Below, in pieces: positions 19,458-28,938 of a DNA stretch of 64,000 bases. How positions within the stretch are numbered: position 1 is the first letter of the stretch; each line of letters begins with the position of its first letter. Location: positions 1 through 64,000 of the forward strand of contig JBHLOC010000011.1 in NCBI GenBank assembly GCA_048940925.1, in the 5' to 3' direction. The position numbers were made by a program, and so were the translations under genes. The stretch comes from Promethearchaeota archaeon (GTDB lineage: Archaea; Asgardarchaeota; Lokiarchaeia; Sigyniarchaeales; SOKP01). The notes beneath the pieces were generated by a model that saw only the letters and a program-made list of their open reading frames with translations, was not told the DNA's origin and did not search any database.

Positions 19458-20099
19458 ATGAATTTAAAAGAAATACTAATTACAGTTCCAGTTATAGGTA
19501 TTATTGTAGGAGGGTATTGTGCATTATTTACTTTTCTTCTGTTCACATTAAATAATCCAAATTTTTTTTTTACAATAAGTACCGGATTGATTTTAACAGT
19601 TGGTTCGATTTGTTTAATTATAGTTAGTAAAGGTATAAAGAAAAATCCTCCCTTGGTAGCCTCAGAAAGATCTGAAGTCGGAATCACTCCTCTTGATTGC
19701 TTTACGTGGGGACACCTAGCATTTGGTATCTTTTCATTTTTAGTTGAGTTATTCTTTATTTCATTTCTTGCATTCGTAGATGGAATTATTTTATGGTGGG
19801 GAGTTATGCAAGCAATCGTACTGATCGCTATAACATGGGATATTATTGAAAACACAGCTTTCATAGAATTTAAAATTAAATTTGAAGATCGAAGGGATAG
19901 TATTTTGAACATATTCAGTGATGTATTTTTTGTATCGCTTAGTGGATTCTTAATGATTATTGTATACTTAATAACACAAGAGAATTTTATAATTACCCTA
20001 ATAATCGGATTTATCGCTTTGGTTGCTTGTGGCATAATATTTAGCATAAGGTACCGAAAAGTAGTTCTCAAAAGAGAAGATTATATTAAAAGAAAATAG
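19458..20099 (+). CDS. Membrane protein (DUF2585-like motifs)
   Basis: About 6 TM; DCFTWGH, WDIIEN, DSILNIFSD. Confidence 0.65.
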   Translation: MNLKEILITVPVIGIIVGGYCALFTFLLFTLNNPNFFFTISTGLILTVGSICLIIVSKGIKKNPPLVASERSEVGITPLDCFTWGHLAFGIFSFLVELFFISFLAFVDGIILWWGVMQAIVLIAITWDIIENTAFIEFKIKFEDRRDSILNIFSDVFFVSLSGFLMIIVYLITQENFIITLIIGFIALVACGIIFSIRYRKVVLKREDYIKRK

Positions 20100-20126
20100 G
20101 AATTATAAGTTTTTTATACGGAGATC

Positions 20127-20456
20127 TAGAGTGTCTCATATAAAATTGTTTTAGAAAGAAATATAGATATATATATCTCAGATTGTCATTCCTTTTTCCA
20201 AAATGTTTAAGTCTTATAAATCAATTGATATTTATTTTGATGGTGGAAAAAATCCCGTTCAAGGAAAGAAATCCAGAATATAAAACGAAATTAAGGCAAG
20301 AATTTGATAATCTTATCTAAGAAGTGAATTTTCAATATTAATTTTGGGAAAAACTTCATATAAGAATTATAAGAAAATAGATGAATTCCCTTTAATTATA
20401 AATTAAATCTAATTAACGTGATTCACATATTTTCTGAAATTATGAGGAGTGATGAA
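20127..20456 (+). repeat. Degenerate copy of the 18280 gene 3' part, plus the promoter and first codons of the 24001 MFS gene
   Basis: aaaattgttttagaaagaa...ttcaaggaaagaaatccagaatataaaacg matches 18334-18500; gtgattcacatattttctgaaattatgaggagtgatgaa matches 24001-24039. Confidence 0.85.
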
Positions 20457-20635
20457 TCATGTAAATAACAGTAGTGACGTAGAGCCATCAATCTTCTGAT
20501 CTAAGATAATAATGAAAAGACTCAGGCATGATTACTAGAACGGTTGCGACCATTATGTAAAAAGGAATTGCTAAATAATATAAACTTAATAGCCTTAGGT
20601 AAATCTATATATATAAAAACGAGAATTTTGTAATT

Positions 20636-22189
20636 ATGGGAATTATAGTAAATACTCCTTTAGGAAAAATTGAAGGATTTCAAGAATCAAATCATCAATC
20701 ATTTTTGGGGATCCGTTACACTAAACCACCTGTGAATGAATTACGTTTTTCTGCACCTCTCCCAGTTGAAGCTTGGGACGGTATCTATGATGCTAGTCAT
20801 TTTCGTCAGAGTGCGCCTCAATATGATGGGGGTCAAGGAACTATTAAAGATACTTCTGAAGATTGTTTATACTTGAATGTTTTTACTCCTAAGGCTAATG
20901 ATGCTAAAAGGCCGGTAATGGTATGGATTCATGGCGGGGGATTTGTATTTGGATCAGGTGGTATGGGTTATGGTAAGGGTTATGGAAAAAAAATAGTACC
21001 AAGAGGTAATATTGTTCTGGTTACAATCAATTATCGATTAGGGGTATTTGGTTTTTTTAATTGGCCTGGTTTAACAAAAAATAACGGTTTGTTGGATCAA
21101 ATTTGTGCTCTTGAATGGGTTAGAGATAATATCCGATATTTCGGTGGAGATCATAATAATGTAACGATTTTTGGCCAATCTTCTGGTGGAAGGGCAGTTA
21201 CGTCATTAATGGCAATGCCTTCTGCTAAGGGATTATTCCACAAAGCAATCCCCCAAAGTGGTACAGCACATCCTTATGCATATGATGATGCACCAAGTAA
21301 GAAAGCTTCAGAAGACTTGTTTGATGTATTAGGAATTAAGATTGGGGATTTAGATTCATTACGAGAGGTAGATTGGACTGAATTGAATAAGGCTCAACAT
21401 GAAATTTTCGGTAAATTAAATCCAAAAGAACATCGAATTTTGTTTCCTTTTAGACCAATAATTGATGAGGAGACTATTCCAGTTTTACCTTTGGATGCCA
21501 TTCGGAATGGTTTCGCAAAAGATATTCCTTTACTTATTGGAAACACTTTGGATGAGAGGAAAGTCTATAATAGAGGATTAATCCGAGCAAACCAAATTGA
21601 AGTAATACATAAAAGACACGAAAAAATAGATGAGGCTAGTCTTTTAAGATTTACTAATAAATATATGAAATTCTACGGTAAAACAGAAGACGATGCAAAA
21701 ACATTAATTGAGACTTACAAAAAAGCTAGAAAGGGTAAATTGCCAATAGAACCCTATGAGATTGGGTATACTATCAACACTGATGAGGCATATCGAATAC
21801 CAATCATCCGAATTGCTGAAGCACAATACCAAAATCAACAAAATACTTATTGTTACCTATTTGGATTTGAATCACCTCTACATAAGGATTTACTCGGAGC
21901 ATGCCATACAATTGATTTACCGTTTATTTTCGGAACTTATGACCATTCAAACCCGAATACAGAAGTAATGGTTGGACGTGATAATATAGAGGAACTTGAA
22001 ACATTTTCAAATTTAGTCATGGATGCATGGATTTCTTTTGCCAAAAATGGAGACCCAAATCACCCAAGGCTTCCCAAATGGCCAAAATACGAACTGAATA
22101 ACCGTGCTACAATGATACTCAAACCAAATCCAGAAATTGTCAATGCACCAATGGACGAGGAACGCTCTGCATGGGAAAATATACTTTGA
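20636..22189 (+). CDS. Carboxylesterase type B (para-nitrobenzyl esterase-like)
   Basis: SEDCLYLN, WIHGGGF, NYRLG, FGQSSG, GACH. Confidence 0.95.
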   Translation: MGIIVNTPLGKIEGFQESNHQSFLGIRYTKPPVNELRFSAPLPVEAWDGIYDASHFRQSAPQYDGGQGTIKDTSEDCLYLNVFTPKANDAKRPVMVWIHGGGFVFGSGGMGYGKGYGKKIVPRGNIVLVTINYRLGVFGFFNWPGLTKNNGLLDQICALEWVRDNIRYFGGDHNNVTIFGQSSGGRAVTSLMAMPSAKGLFHKAIPQSGTAHPYAYDDAPSKKASEDLFDVLGIKIGDLDSLREVDWTELNKAQHEIFGKLNPKEHRILFPFRPIIDEETIPVLPLDAIRNGFAKDIPLLIGNTLDERKVYNRGLIRANQIEVIHKRHEKIDEASLLRFTNKYMKFYGKTEDDAKTLIETYKKARKGKLPIEPYEIGYTINTDEAYRIPIIRIAEAQYQNQQNTYCYLFGFESPLHKDLLGACHTIDLPFIFGTYDHSNPNTEVMVGRDNIEELETFSNLVMDAWISFAKNGDPNHPRLPKWPKYELNNRATMILKPNPEIVNAPMDEERSAWENIL

Positions 22190-22227
22190 ATTAAAATCTG
22201 TTTTTTACAGCAAACATACTTGAGATT

Positions 22228-23688
22228 ATGGAGGAAAAGAAGACAAAAGAAAACCGAATAGCTGAGTTAATTAAAACTGTGAGGAAAGATCCTCATTTAG
22301 CTTCATCTCAGTTGGATTTTCCGTCTATTACTGAACCATTAGCTAAATACATTTCAGAAAGCCAATTTACTACAATCCCAGATGATATACTCGAACTTGC
22401 TAAACGTCATATTTTAGATACTTTGGTCTCAATGGTGGTTAGTACACAGTTAAAACCTTCTCGTCTTGCTCGCCAATTTGCCATATTTAATAGTGGAAAA
22501 GCTGATACAGCACATTTACTTACTACAAGTCAAACCACCACCTTATTGGATGCTATTTTTGCAAATGCAGTAACAGCTCATGCTTCAGAAATAAATGATT
22601 TTTGCCCTTCCGCTTTCGTGCAACCTGGTCCTCCAATTATATCTACTGTATTATCTATTGGAGAGACTATAGAAGCATCTGGGCAAGAAATACTCAAAGC
22701 AGTTGTTATTGGTTATGAAATTGCTTGTAGGCTACCAAAAGCTTTGGGTACGATGAACCTACGTACAGCGGGATTATCATCCCATGGTGTCGGACCTACA
22801 TTTGGTGCTGCAGCTGCAGCTGCTTCACTTTTAAAATTACCAAAAAGGTCAATTGGATATGTTTTAGCCTATTGTGTTCAACAAGCATCAGGTTCCTTTA
22901 ATTGGCTTCGCGATGAAGAACATATCGAAAAAGCTTTCCTTTTTGCTGGAATGCCTGCGAGAAATGGAGCATTTGCAGCTTTGATGGTTCATAACGGATT
23001 TACAGGTGTAAAAGATCCTTTTAAGGGAACACCAAACTGGTTGCTAAGCTCCATATTTATTGGAATTGATTCGGATCTTGATTTAAATAAGTTAATCCAT
23101 AATTTAGGAGTAGATTACGAGATGCCTTTAGTAGGTTACAAACGATATCCTGTAGGGGGTCCACTCCAAGCCAGCATTGAGGGATTAATAGAATTAATAA
23201 AAAAGATAGACCGAACATCAATTGTTAAAATTGAAATAAAGATGCCTGGAAATACAAGAGTTTTTTCTGAAGCGGTAATGCCAGCATTAAATTTACGATA
23301 TTTGGCAGCTGTTATTTTAGAAGATGGTGACCTATCCTTTAATATGGCACAATCTCATGAACGTATGTCCACTGAAACTATTAGAGAAAAAATGGATTAT
23401 GTTACCTTAATCCATGATCCCAATCAAGAAAAAGAGCCCCGTATAGAATCAGCACTAGTAAAAGTGATACTAAAAAATGGCGAACATCATGAGATTTTCA
23501 TTGAACACGTCCTTGGATTCCCTGAACGACCTATGAATCACCAAGATGTTGAAAATAAAGCTAAAAGCTTAATTACACCTATATTAGGTCACTCAAAAGC
23601 AAATAAATTAATTGAAACAATATGGAACCTTGAATCCTTACCAAATATCCAATCAATTATTCCGTTATTAATTCCACCAGATAATTAA
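22228..23688 (+). CDS. MmgE/PrpD family protein
   Basis: AKRHILDT, AHASEINDF, GYEIACRL, KRYPVG, GFPERPM. Confidence 0.9.
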   Translation: MEEKKTKENRIAELIKTVRKDPHLASSQLDFPSITEPLAKYISESQFTTIPDDILELAKRHILDTLVSMVVSTQLKPSRLARQFAIFNSGKADTAHLLTTSQTTTLLDAIFANAVTAHASEINDFCPSAFVQPGPPIISTVLSIGETIEASGQEILKAVVIGYEIACRLPKALGTMNLRTAGLSSHGVGPTFGAAAAAASLLKLPKRSIGYVLAYCVQQASGSFNWLRDEEHIEKAFLFAGMPARNGAFAALMVHNGFTGVKDPFKGTPNWLLSSIFIGIDSDLDLNKLIHNLGVDYEMPLVGYKRYPVGGPLQASIEGLIELIKKIDRTSIVKIEIKMPGNTRVFSEAVMPALNLRYLAAVILEDGDLSFNMAQSHERMSTETIREKMDYVTLIHDPNQEKEPRIESALVKVILKNGEHHEIFIEHVLGFPERPMNHQDVENKAKSLITPILGHSKANKLIETIWNLESLPNIQSIIPLLIPPDN

Positions 23689-23724
23689 TCATCCAAATAA
23701 ATATTTAGTTACAATTTTTGATAA

Positions 23725-23800
23725 CCCTTCAAGGAAAGAGATCCAGAATATAAAACGATTTTAAGACAGGAATTTGCTAGTTATATCAAAGAAGAAAATT
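23725..23800 (+). repeat. Third degenerate copy of the 18280 gene 3' end
   Basis: cccttcaaggaaagagatccagaatataaaacgattttaagacaggaatttgct matches 18442-18495 and 20255-20308. Confidence 0.85.
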
Positions 23801-24000
23801 TAATTCTCCAATTTCATCCAAAATATAGGAATAATGAGTTTAAGAATCTATTTAATTTTTTAGAGATTCACACTATTATAATTTGCAACTTATTGGGGGA
23901 AAAAATATCACTTAATTGTAGATTTGGGTTAAAATGCGTTACATAAAATTTATAAGAACATGGATGATATCCCATTATTTATAAATTAACTCTAATTTGA

Positions 24001-25386
24001 GTGATTCACATGACTTCTGAAATTATGAGGAGTGATGAAGTAGAATTTGCAACGTCAACTTCTAGACGAGATGTATTTTTCTGGGCTATGTATGATTTAG
24101 CAAACACTATTTATTCAATGATTATAGTCAGTTTAATTATTAATCGTTATATACTAGTGATTGGTCAGGTAGAGAATGGATTGGAATATGGTGAAGTCAG
24201 CTTTCTTTTTGGTTTGGTTAGTTTCATTATGCAAGTTGGAATCGCAATTTGTGTTCCTATTTTAGGAGCATTAAGTGATACTGTTGGAAAGCGTAAACCG
24301 TTTGTAATTAGTTTAACTGGTGTTATTCTTCTTTTTGCAAGCCTGCTTGGCTTTTTCCATGATCTTACAACGGTATTACTGTTATATGTAATTGCAAATG
24401 TTGCTTATCAATTTAGTCTTGTTTTTTATGACGCGATGCTTCCATTCATAGCCAAAAAGGAAGATATTGGAAAAGTTGCTGGATTCGGGGTTGCATGGGG
24501 ATACTTGGGAACTATTCTCTCTCTAGCTATTATGTATCCATTAATATTATTACTAGGTGATACAGTATCGACTCCACCTACACCAGAGTACGGATTTGCA
24601 GGATACTGGTTTACATTTGTTATACCTATGGTTCTTTTTTTGATTTGTGCTATTCCATTTCTTTATGTTCACGAAAAGCAAAAAATAGGTAAGCGACCAT
24701 CTATAGGGAAGTTAATTAAAAATACTTTTAAACAGATAGGAGGTACATTTAAGGATATTAGAAAGCATAGATCAATGGTTATCTTTATTATTGGTTACTT
24801 TTTTGTTGCAGACATTGCTAATGTTATAGTTCTCTATATGACACCAATAGTAACTGATGGTTTAATTATAGCAGGGGGATCAACCTTATTTGCCATCCTT
24901 TTTATAATAATCTCTACTATTTCAGCAGTAGCTTTTACCTATTTTGTAGGTAAATTTGGTGAAAAATATGGTGCAAAAAAAACGTTTTACCTTGTAGGCG
25001 CTTTATGGGGAATTGCTTTAAGTATAGGGATAATATTAGTATTCACAACGCAATCTATAGAGATTGGTGGAAATCTTCCTTTTATATTAAGTCTTTTAAT
25101 GGGTATTGTGGCAGGACCTGCTCTCGGAGGAACTTGGACAGCACAACGAATTATGGTCTTTGAACTCGCTCCCAAAGAAAAATTTGGAGAATTTTTTGGT
25201 TTTTCTAAATTAAGTGGAAAATTTTCTTCTGCACTTGGTCCATTTGTTTGGGGCTCTGTTATGTTAACTTATGATATAATCGGTAAAGTTGCATATGGTT
25301 GGGCTATGATATCTGTCGGTATTATATTGGGAATAGGAATATTGATTATTTCATTTGTAAAAGGAAATCAATCTGAAAATAATTAA
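24001..25386 (+). CDS. MFS transporter (UMF1/ATG22-like)
   Basis: WAMYDLAN, GALSDTVGKRK, VFYDAMLP, GEFFGF; 12 TM. Confidence 0.9.
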   Translation: MIHMTSEIMRSDEVEFATSTSRRDVFFWAMYDLANTIYSMIIVSLIINRYILVIGQVENGLEYGEVSFLFGLVSFIMQVGIAICVPILGALSDTVGKRKPFVISLTGVILLFASLLGFFHDLTTVLLLYVIANVAYQFSLVFYDAMLPFIAKKEDIGKVAGFGVAWGYLGTILSLAIMYPLILLLGDTVSTPPTPEYGFAGYWFTFVIPMVLFLICAIPFLYVHEKQKIGKRPSIGKLIKNTFKQIGGTFKDIRKHRSMVIFIIGYFFVADIANVIVLYMTPIVTDGLIIAGGSTLFAILFIIISTISAVAFTYFVGKFGEKYGAKKTFYLVGALWGIALSIGIILVFTTQSIEIGGNLPFILSLLMGIVAGPALGGTWTAQRIMVFELAPKEKFGEFFGFSKLSGKFSSALGPFVWGSVMLTYDIIGKVAYGWAMISVGIILGIGILIISFVKGNQSENN

Positions 25387-25799
25387 TAATTTTTTCTCCT
25401 TTTTTTTTTTTCCATTTATTTTGGGGGAAAATACTGAAAAAAAGATTTCTTTTACTTTCAAAACTTGTATCAAACTTATTTAATTGCGAAAATTCTTCAA
25501 TTTGCTTTCATAATATCTCAAATTTAATAATTCTTATTTTAAATATTTATAATGCAAAATTCATAGTTGATTTATATTCTAATGATAAAAGAAATACCTT
25601 AAAGAAACCTAATTATAGAATTAAAACTGTTATTAAAAATGAATTTCTTTTAGAAAAACAACTTGTTTGGTAAGAAACCCTGAGATAAATAAATTTGATC
25701 CTACCACAAAATGATATTTCACTAAATTTGTTGAGAGTTTTTTCTTAAATTATTGTATTAATATACGGAAATTAAAAGGAACTAAGTGAGGGATTATAT

Positions 25800-26024
25800 T
25801 TGAGTACAAAAGTAATTGATAAGAAATTAAAAATAAGTGGTATTGAGGAAAATCCTGAAAGTAAAGAAGATTATCTAGATATCTCAAATCTTTTCATTCC
25901 TTTCTCTGATGTCTTTAAAAATGTCACTCCTCCAGATATATATAATGGAAAAGAAATGATCACATTCAAAGAAAAAGATTTAGAGTTTAAGAAAATCTTG
26001 ATCCACGAGTTTCTAAATAGTTGA
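25800..26024 (+). CDS. Small hypothetical protein (paralog of 18280-18555)
   Basis: Shared motif with the 18280 ORF; RBS-like gtgagg upstream of TTG. Confidence 0.7.
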   Translation: MSTKVIDKKLKISGIEENPESKEDYLDISNLFIPFSDVFKNVTPPDIYNGKEMITFKEKDLEFKKILIHEFLNS

Positions 26025-26154
26025 GAATTACTTATTAGAAATTTAAAAAAAATTTTACTGAATGGCTGTTTCTTTGTGCTAATTCTGGTTTCTTGAAAAT
26101 GGAATTTATGTTTTGAAAAAGTAAAAACTAATACCTTTTTTTATTTTTCCATCT

Positions 26155-26472
26155 TTAGTGTTTTAATTCAACTAATTCTTTATTAGGAAAGATAAAAACA
26201 TTTTGACACATAGGACACGCATTATATTTTAAAAGCCAAGAAGATACACAACTTTCATGATATTGACTTCCACAATAAGAACACTTTATAATATTTTGAT
26301 ATTCATGACTAATATATTTATGACAAATCGTACATTGTACTTTTTGATAAGTCTTTTTATATTCATGTCTTAATTTATTTCCGCAATGGCAACAAAAGTT
26401 AGCTTTAGAGCTGTTAATTTTTGATAATTTTATACCACAATAAGGACAATAGTTTAAAACCGCTCCAGGCAC
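26155..26472 (-). CDS. Double zinc ribbon plus RING-finger protein (putative E3 ligase)
   Basis: CPYCG/CCHCG; C-x2-C-x13-C-x2-C-x4-H-x2-C-x3-W-x6-CPMC. Confidence 0.85.
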   Translation of the reverse strand: MPGAVLNYCPYCGIKLSKINSSKANFCCHCGNKLRHEYKKTYQKVQCTICHKYISHEYQNIIKCSYCGSQYHESCVSSWLLKYNACPMCQNVFIFPNKELVELKH

Positions 26473-26615
26473 TTACTTTTTCACTTTTTATTATTTCAAA
26501 TTTGACTTAGATCTTAATAATTAGAAAATTAAAATAGTAGAAAAATGATATCTAGTCCGATTTTTAACAATTTCTAATAAAAATCTTTAATATAATTAAA
26601 ATCAATGAAAAAAAG

Positions 26616-27404
26616 TTACTTAAACTTGTTTAAAAATTCTTTCAGGGGGGGTATATATTCATTTTCAAATGAAAAAATATTATTATGCCCGGCACCTTCT
26701 ATAGAAATTAATCTTTTCTCAACTCCCTCAGGTATGGCCTCATAAATCAATTTAGCTTGATAATACGGAATAATCCAGTCAGCAGTACCATGAATAATCA
26801 AGACTGGTTTCTTAAATTTACTGATCCTTGTATCATTAGAATATTGATTTAAGAAATCTGGTGTAATCTCAGAACCATTCACTCTAAATAATCTTGTCAT
26901 CATATCATATATACTAGCAAAACCACTCTCAAAAATAATGCCACATAAACTCTCAGGGTTATGTGATCCGATCTCAGAAGCACAAATACTTCCTAATGAA
27001 CGTCCTTGGACAAATATGGAATCTATTAAATTATTTTCGATCATCCAGTCATGAAATGCATTATAGATGGGCAAAGCATCTATTATTAAACTTGTATAGA
27101 ATGGATCTCCTGAGCTAAATCCATATCCTCGAAAATCCATAACTGCCAAATTTGCATCACATTTAAAAAAGAATTTTAAAAAATATTGATAATCTGCTGC
27201 AATTTCTCCATTACCATGGAATAATAATATCGTTGGATAATTTGGATTATTCAAATAAAAAAATCCCCCAATAAGGATATTTTTTGTAATTTGAAATTTT
27301 AACACTTTAATGTTTGAATCTGTTTCATCTGGTATTGGAATTTTTCGGGGATAAAAAACAATATTGGAAACTGCGGGATTATCTATTAATAACTTTTTCA
27401 CCAT
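26616..27404 (-). CDS. Alpha/beta hydrolase, ABHD13/ABHD17/BEM46-like
   Basis: FHGNGE, DFRGYG, GRSLG, IHGTAD, AGHN; ATG 27404 follows a GAGAGG RBS. Confidence 0.88.
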   Translation of the reverse strand: MVKKLLIDNPAVSNIVFYPRKIPIPDETDSNIKVLKFQITKNILIGGFFYLNNPNYPTILLFHGNGEIAADYQYFLKFFFKCDANLAVMDFRGYGFSSGDPFYTSLIIDALPIYNAFHDWMIENNLIDSIFVQGRSLGSICASEIGSHNPESLCGIIFESGFASIYDMMTRLFRVNGSEITPDFLNQYSNDTRISKFKKPVLIIHGTADWIIPYYQAKLIYEAIPEGVEKRLISIEGAGHNNIFSFENEYIPPLKEFLNKFK

Positions 27405-27564
27405 AATATTAAACCTCTCACTCAAACTTAAAAATATTTACGTTAATAATTTTAATTTTAGTATTTTTATTTGAAATAAATGTAAAGTTTTAAATAAAAT
27501 TGAAAAAATATTTACTTACTTTTTAAATCCATTTTTAGAAATATAAATAAGGTGAATCCAAAAT

Positions 27565-27870
27565 ATGGGAGTTATTATGGTAACTGTATGGTATCCTCCT
27601 GAGAAATCAGCTGAAATGGCGAATTTATTTTTAAAACAGCCAAGAGAAATTCCTTACGTGACAAAATGGAGAGCTTTCAATACAACTGGTGGGATGAATG
27701 GTAATAAGCAATACCATATTATTTATACAGAAAGAGGAAAATTAGAAGAAGCTATTTTAGAACTAAATAAATATTTTCTACCATTTAGTCAAATTGAAGG
27801 ATTTCGTATTCAGATGGAAGGATTAATTGGAGTTTCTGATTCCTATAAATTGATGGGAATGGAATGGTAA
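27565..27870 (+). CDS. Small hypothetical protein (probable ferredoxin-like alpha/beta fold)
   Basis: GGTGA RBS; 101 aa; VTVWYPPEK start. Confidence 0.7.
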   Translation: MGVIMVTVWYPPEKSAEMANLFLKQPREIPYVTKWRAFNTTGGMNGNKQYHIIYTERGKLEEAILELNKYFLPFSQIEGFRIQMEGLIGVSDSYKLMGMEW

Positions 27871-27913
27871 TAAAACAGCTAAATATTATAAAATTATAAA
27901 CTAACTTCTTTTT

Positions 27914-28663
27914 TTAAAGTGCCTTTCCTTGTTCTGCCACTGCGTTTATAGCTTTTTGAATTTCTTCAGGATTTCCAAGATAATAATGTTTTATTGGTTT
28001 TAAGTCATCATCTAATTCATATATTAAAGGAATTCCCGTCGGAATATTTAATTTTAGAATCTCCTCATCAGAAATATTATCCAGATATTTAACAAGAGCT
28101 CGTAAACTGTTACCATGAGCAGAAATCAAGACTTTTTTATCAAATTTGATTGTAGGTGCTATTGTATCATGCCAATAAGGTAATACTCTGTTGACCGTAT
28201 CTTTTAAACATTCAGTCAAAGGAATTTGATCAGCAGTTAACTCTGCATATTTTCTTTCATTACCAGGATATCGAGGATCTGTTGTTTTAAGAGGAGGAGG
28301 TGGGACATCATAACTTCTTCTCCAAATCAACACTTGTTCTTCACCCATTTCAGCGGCCATTTTTGCTTTGTAAAATCCTTGTAAGGCTCCATAATGTCGT
28401 TCATTCAATCTCCATGACCGATGAACTGGAATCCACATTAAATCCATCTCTTCTAACACAATCCACAGAGTTCTTATACCTCTTTTAAGTACTGATGTAA
28501 ATGCAATATCAAATGAATATCCACCATCTTTTAATAATCTAGCTGCTTCTTTCGCTTCTTGAATCCCTTTTTCCGAAAGATCTACGTCAGTCCAACCTGT
28601 AAACCGATTTTCTTTATTCCAAATACTTTCCCCATGTCTTAAAAATACAATTTTATACATCAT
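27914..28663 (-). CDS. gpmA: 2,3-bisphosphoglycerate-dependent phosphoglycerate mutase
   Basis: [52 protein letters not shown]. Confidence 0.97.
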   Translation of the reverse strand: MMYKIVFLRHGESIWNKENRFTGWTDVDLSEKGIQEAKEAARLLKDGGYSFDIAFTSVLKRGIRTLWIVLEEMDLMWIPVHRSWRLNERHYGALQGFYKAKMAAEMGEEQVLIWRRSYDVPPPPLKTTDPRYPGNERKYAELTADQIPLTECLKDTVNRVLPYWHDTIAPTIKFDKKVLISAHGNSLRALVKYLDNISDEEILKLNIPTGIPLIYELDDDLKPIKHYYLGNPEEIQKAINAVAEQGKAL

Positions 28664-28780
28664 ATATCAGCTTCTTGACTTATAATAATTGTAATATTAG
28701 AATGTTTAAATTTTAATAAATATCTCTTATTTTTTAAATATATAGATTGTTCAATGATTCTTTTTTTAGACTTAAAAAGT
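28574..28780 (+). repeat. Direct repeat, left copy (gpmA 5' end and upstream region)
   Basis: 28574-28650 identical to 35234-35310 (77 bp); next 40 bp have 6 mismatches; weaker similarity beyond. Confidence 0.95.
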
Positions 28781-28938
28781 AAAGAATAGAAGAAGGAAAG
28801 AAAAATTAATAATTTTTCATTAAATTGACTTTAAATTGACAAAGGTATAAGTAATTGACAATCATAACTTTATATATTAATTTGATAATGTAATCTAATT
28901 AGTTAAGAATATGTTTCAAAGATAAGAAGGTAAATCTA

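Noticed and set aside
19406-20071. 221-aa minus-strand ORF
   Set aside because: Antisense to the membrane protein at 19458-20099, which has recognisable motifs.
20460-20570. Slightly GC-richer intergenic stretch as an ncRNA or tRNA
   Set aside because: No cloverleaf or convincing stem found; may be a gene remnant from the inserted cassette.
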